Below are positions 62,145-64,000 of a stretch of DNA of 64,000 nucleotides, one piece after another. The stretch comes from an uncultured bacterium. GTDB lineage: Bacteria; Desulfobacterota_D; UBA1144; Nemesobacterales; UBA2774. The translations under genes and the position numbers were made by a program. A model generated the notes under the pieces. That model saw only the letters and a program-made list of their open reading frames with translations. It made no database searches and had not been told where the DNA came from. The stretch's first letter is position 1; each line of letters starts with the position of its first letter. The stretch covers positions 1,728,001 through 1,792,000 of the forward strand of contig CAWGRW010000009.1 in assembly GCA_963825135.1 (NCBI GenBank), given 5' to 3'.

Positions 62145-62160
62145 GGCAATATATGTGCCA
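62145..62160 (-). promoter_or_regulatory. Sigma54 -24/-12 promoter of the sigma-70 gene
   Basis: Minus strand TGGCAC-ATATA-TTGCC, an exact match to TGGCAC-N5-TTGC. Confidence 0.78.
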
Positions 62161-62506
62161 TATTACTCATTATTGTTTTTTATTCGTGTTATCGCCAGGT
62201 TATGCCGATGGGATTGTTAGCAATGAGGGGATACGAAGTATATTGTGTAAATTCACACTGTTTATGGTGTACGAATTTAAACCTAAGATATCAACAGCGG
62301 ACCCCGCAGTTTTAGTATGTGGCGATATCGGGTTCGGTATGACGCGAAGATGAGAGGACATGCCGAACACTGATGATTTATTCCCTTCACTTTTGGACTG
62401 TGAAGCGTCAGAACCGCCTTCCGGTCGCATTTTGTTATTCCTCTTGTCCCCCCTTTCTCTGCTCAGAACTTGAAATCTCTCTATAAGCACCTGTAAAATC
62501 TTATTA

Positions 62507-64000
62507 ATGTCAAACAAGCTCAATGAGATACTCGATGCGCTTGAGAAACCGCTCATATTTGCGTCAAGAAATAATTTCTCAAACCTGGATAAGGTGAAGT
62601 CCCTCGACGAGCTTGTCGGGGATCTAACGCTAAAGGCTCTCTCCCTTCCGCTCTCAACTAAGCAGACCACAGATTTTGAATCACTGAGGGCTTTCTTCTC
62701 CGCATACGGAGGACTCGACCATGCAGAGAGAATAGACGTCATTCGGAAATCGCTCGGTATCATCAGCGGGCTTAAAAATGACGACCCGAAGGGACCCGGC
62801 AAACCCGTCGGGGCAAGGGCGGAAATTTCGGGCGGGAATACAGGAGACGAGACGGTTCCGATAAGACATGCGAGCGGGAATTCGGTTCCTGATGCGAGGG
62901 AGCCGGATCAGGTTCCGATTCAATACATCAAGGGGGTCGGTCCCACGGATCGCTTCCATATTGAAGAAAAAGGAGATCGAAACGGTTGAGGACGCGCTTT
63001 ACTACTTCCCTAGGACGTACGAGGACAGGAGGACGGTAAAGAGCATGTCTAAAATAAGACCCGGCCATCGGGAGACCGTCATGGGGGAAATAACGCTCGC
63101 CGGGAAGGTCCGCGCAAGGAGCAGGAGCCTCTATCAGATTACGATTTCCGACGGTACGGGGACTGTGACCCTGTTATGGTTCCAGTTCAACGAGAAATAC
63201 CTGAGGAGCGCGTATAAGAAAGGGGCTACCGTCATACTGACTGGCGACGTCAGTGTCGGTTACCGGGATGCGCTCCAGATCGTCCATCCAAGGCCCGAGG
63301 ATATAGAGGTCATCGAAGAGGGTGAGGAGCTCGACGAAGACCATGTGCATTTTAACCGCATCGTGCCCATATACCCGCTCACCGAGGGGTTGAAGCAGAG
63401 GCGCATACGGAGGATCATGAAGTCGGTCGTGGACGGCTACTCGTCGTCTCTGTCGTTGAAACTACCGGCCGCGATAAAGATAAAAAGAGGGGTAATCGAT
63501 CTTGGCGCGGCCGTATCGAGGGTCCACTTCCCGTCGAACGATGACGGCGTGGTGGAGCTTGCGGACAAGGACTCCGTCTACGGCTCTCCCCCGCACAAGA
63601 CGCTCTCTTATAACGAGTTCCTGATGATGGAACTCGGACTCGCGCTCAAGAAGCGCGATGTGTCCCGGCTGGACGGCATCTCTTTCGCTCCGAACGGCGA
63701 GCTGACCGGGAGGCTCTCCGCAAGGCTCGCATTTAAGCTTACGTCCGCCCAAAAGCGCGTGTTGTCGGAGATAGAGCAGGACATGCGGTCGGGAAGGCCG
63801 ATGAACAGGCTCCTTCAGGGGGATGTCGGGAGCGGCAAGACCATAGTCTCGGTTCTTTCCATGCTTAAAGCGGTCGAATGCGGTTATCAGACGGTCCTTA
63901 TGGCTCCTACCGAAATACTGGCCGAACAGCATCTGTCGTCTGTTCTGGAATACGTCAAGGGTTTGGGGATAAGGGTCGTCTTTTTAAAGAGCGGGCTCGG
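62507..64000 (+). CDS. recG: ATP-dependent DNA helicase RecG, frameshifted near 62944 and running off the window end
   Basis: IKGVGP, then in the shifted frame RIASILKKKEIETVEDALYYFPRTYEDRR, IVPIYPLTEGL, MNRLLQGDVGSGKT and MAPTEILAEQH. Confidence 0.9.

Noticed and set aside
62200..62802. 200-aa minus-strand ORF
   Set aside because: Antisense to the recG 5' part and runs through the promoter region; Ser-rich shadow

Overview
A GC-rich (roughly 55% by eye) bacterial chromosome segment from an aerobic, deltaproteobacterium-like diderm; a Dadabacteria-like origin is my guess, not a demonstrated result. Bases 1-52.4 kb are mostly housekeeping: the 3' part of an alternative complex III operon (actB-F plus an unannotated 47-aa membrane ORF), asd/dapA, rnhB, fluC-DUF190, alpha-2-macroglobulin-pbpC, a P450, metY, trxB, mreBCD-mrdA-rodA, and a complete A2-type caa3 oxidase operon. 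Bases 52.5-60.7 kb are an integration hotspot at tRNA-Pro(CGG). A 5.78-kb AT-rich island lies UPSTREAM of the intact tRNA and is bounded by a 90-bp exact repeat of the tRNA promoter plus 5' half. It holds a possible integrase stub, a foreign tRNA 3'-end scar, and one 1571-aa protein with an NDT/TIR-like N-terminal domain followed by about 26 TPR-like 47-aa repeats (candidate defence or signalling protein). A second mini-island, bounded by a tRNA 3' fragment, encodes a secreted three-repeat peptide. Sigma54-type promoters with enhancer-like palindromes precede the TPR gene, another secreted repeat protein and an alternative sigma-70 factor. Two genes (an aldo/keto reductase and recG) carry single-base frameshifts in CCC runs, probably sequencing errors.
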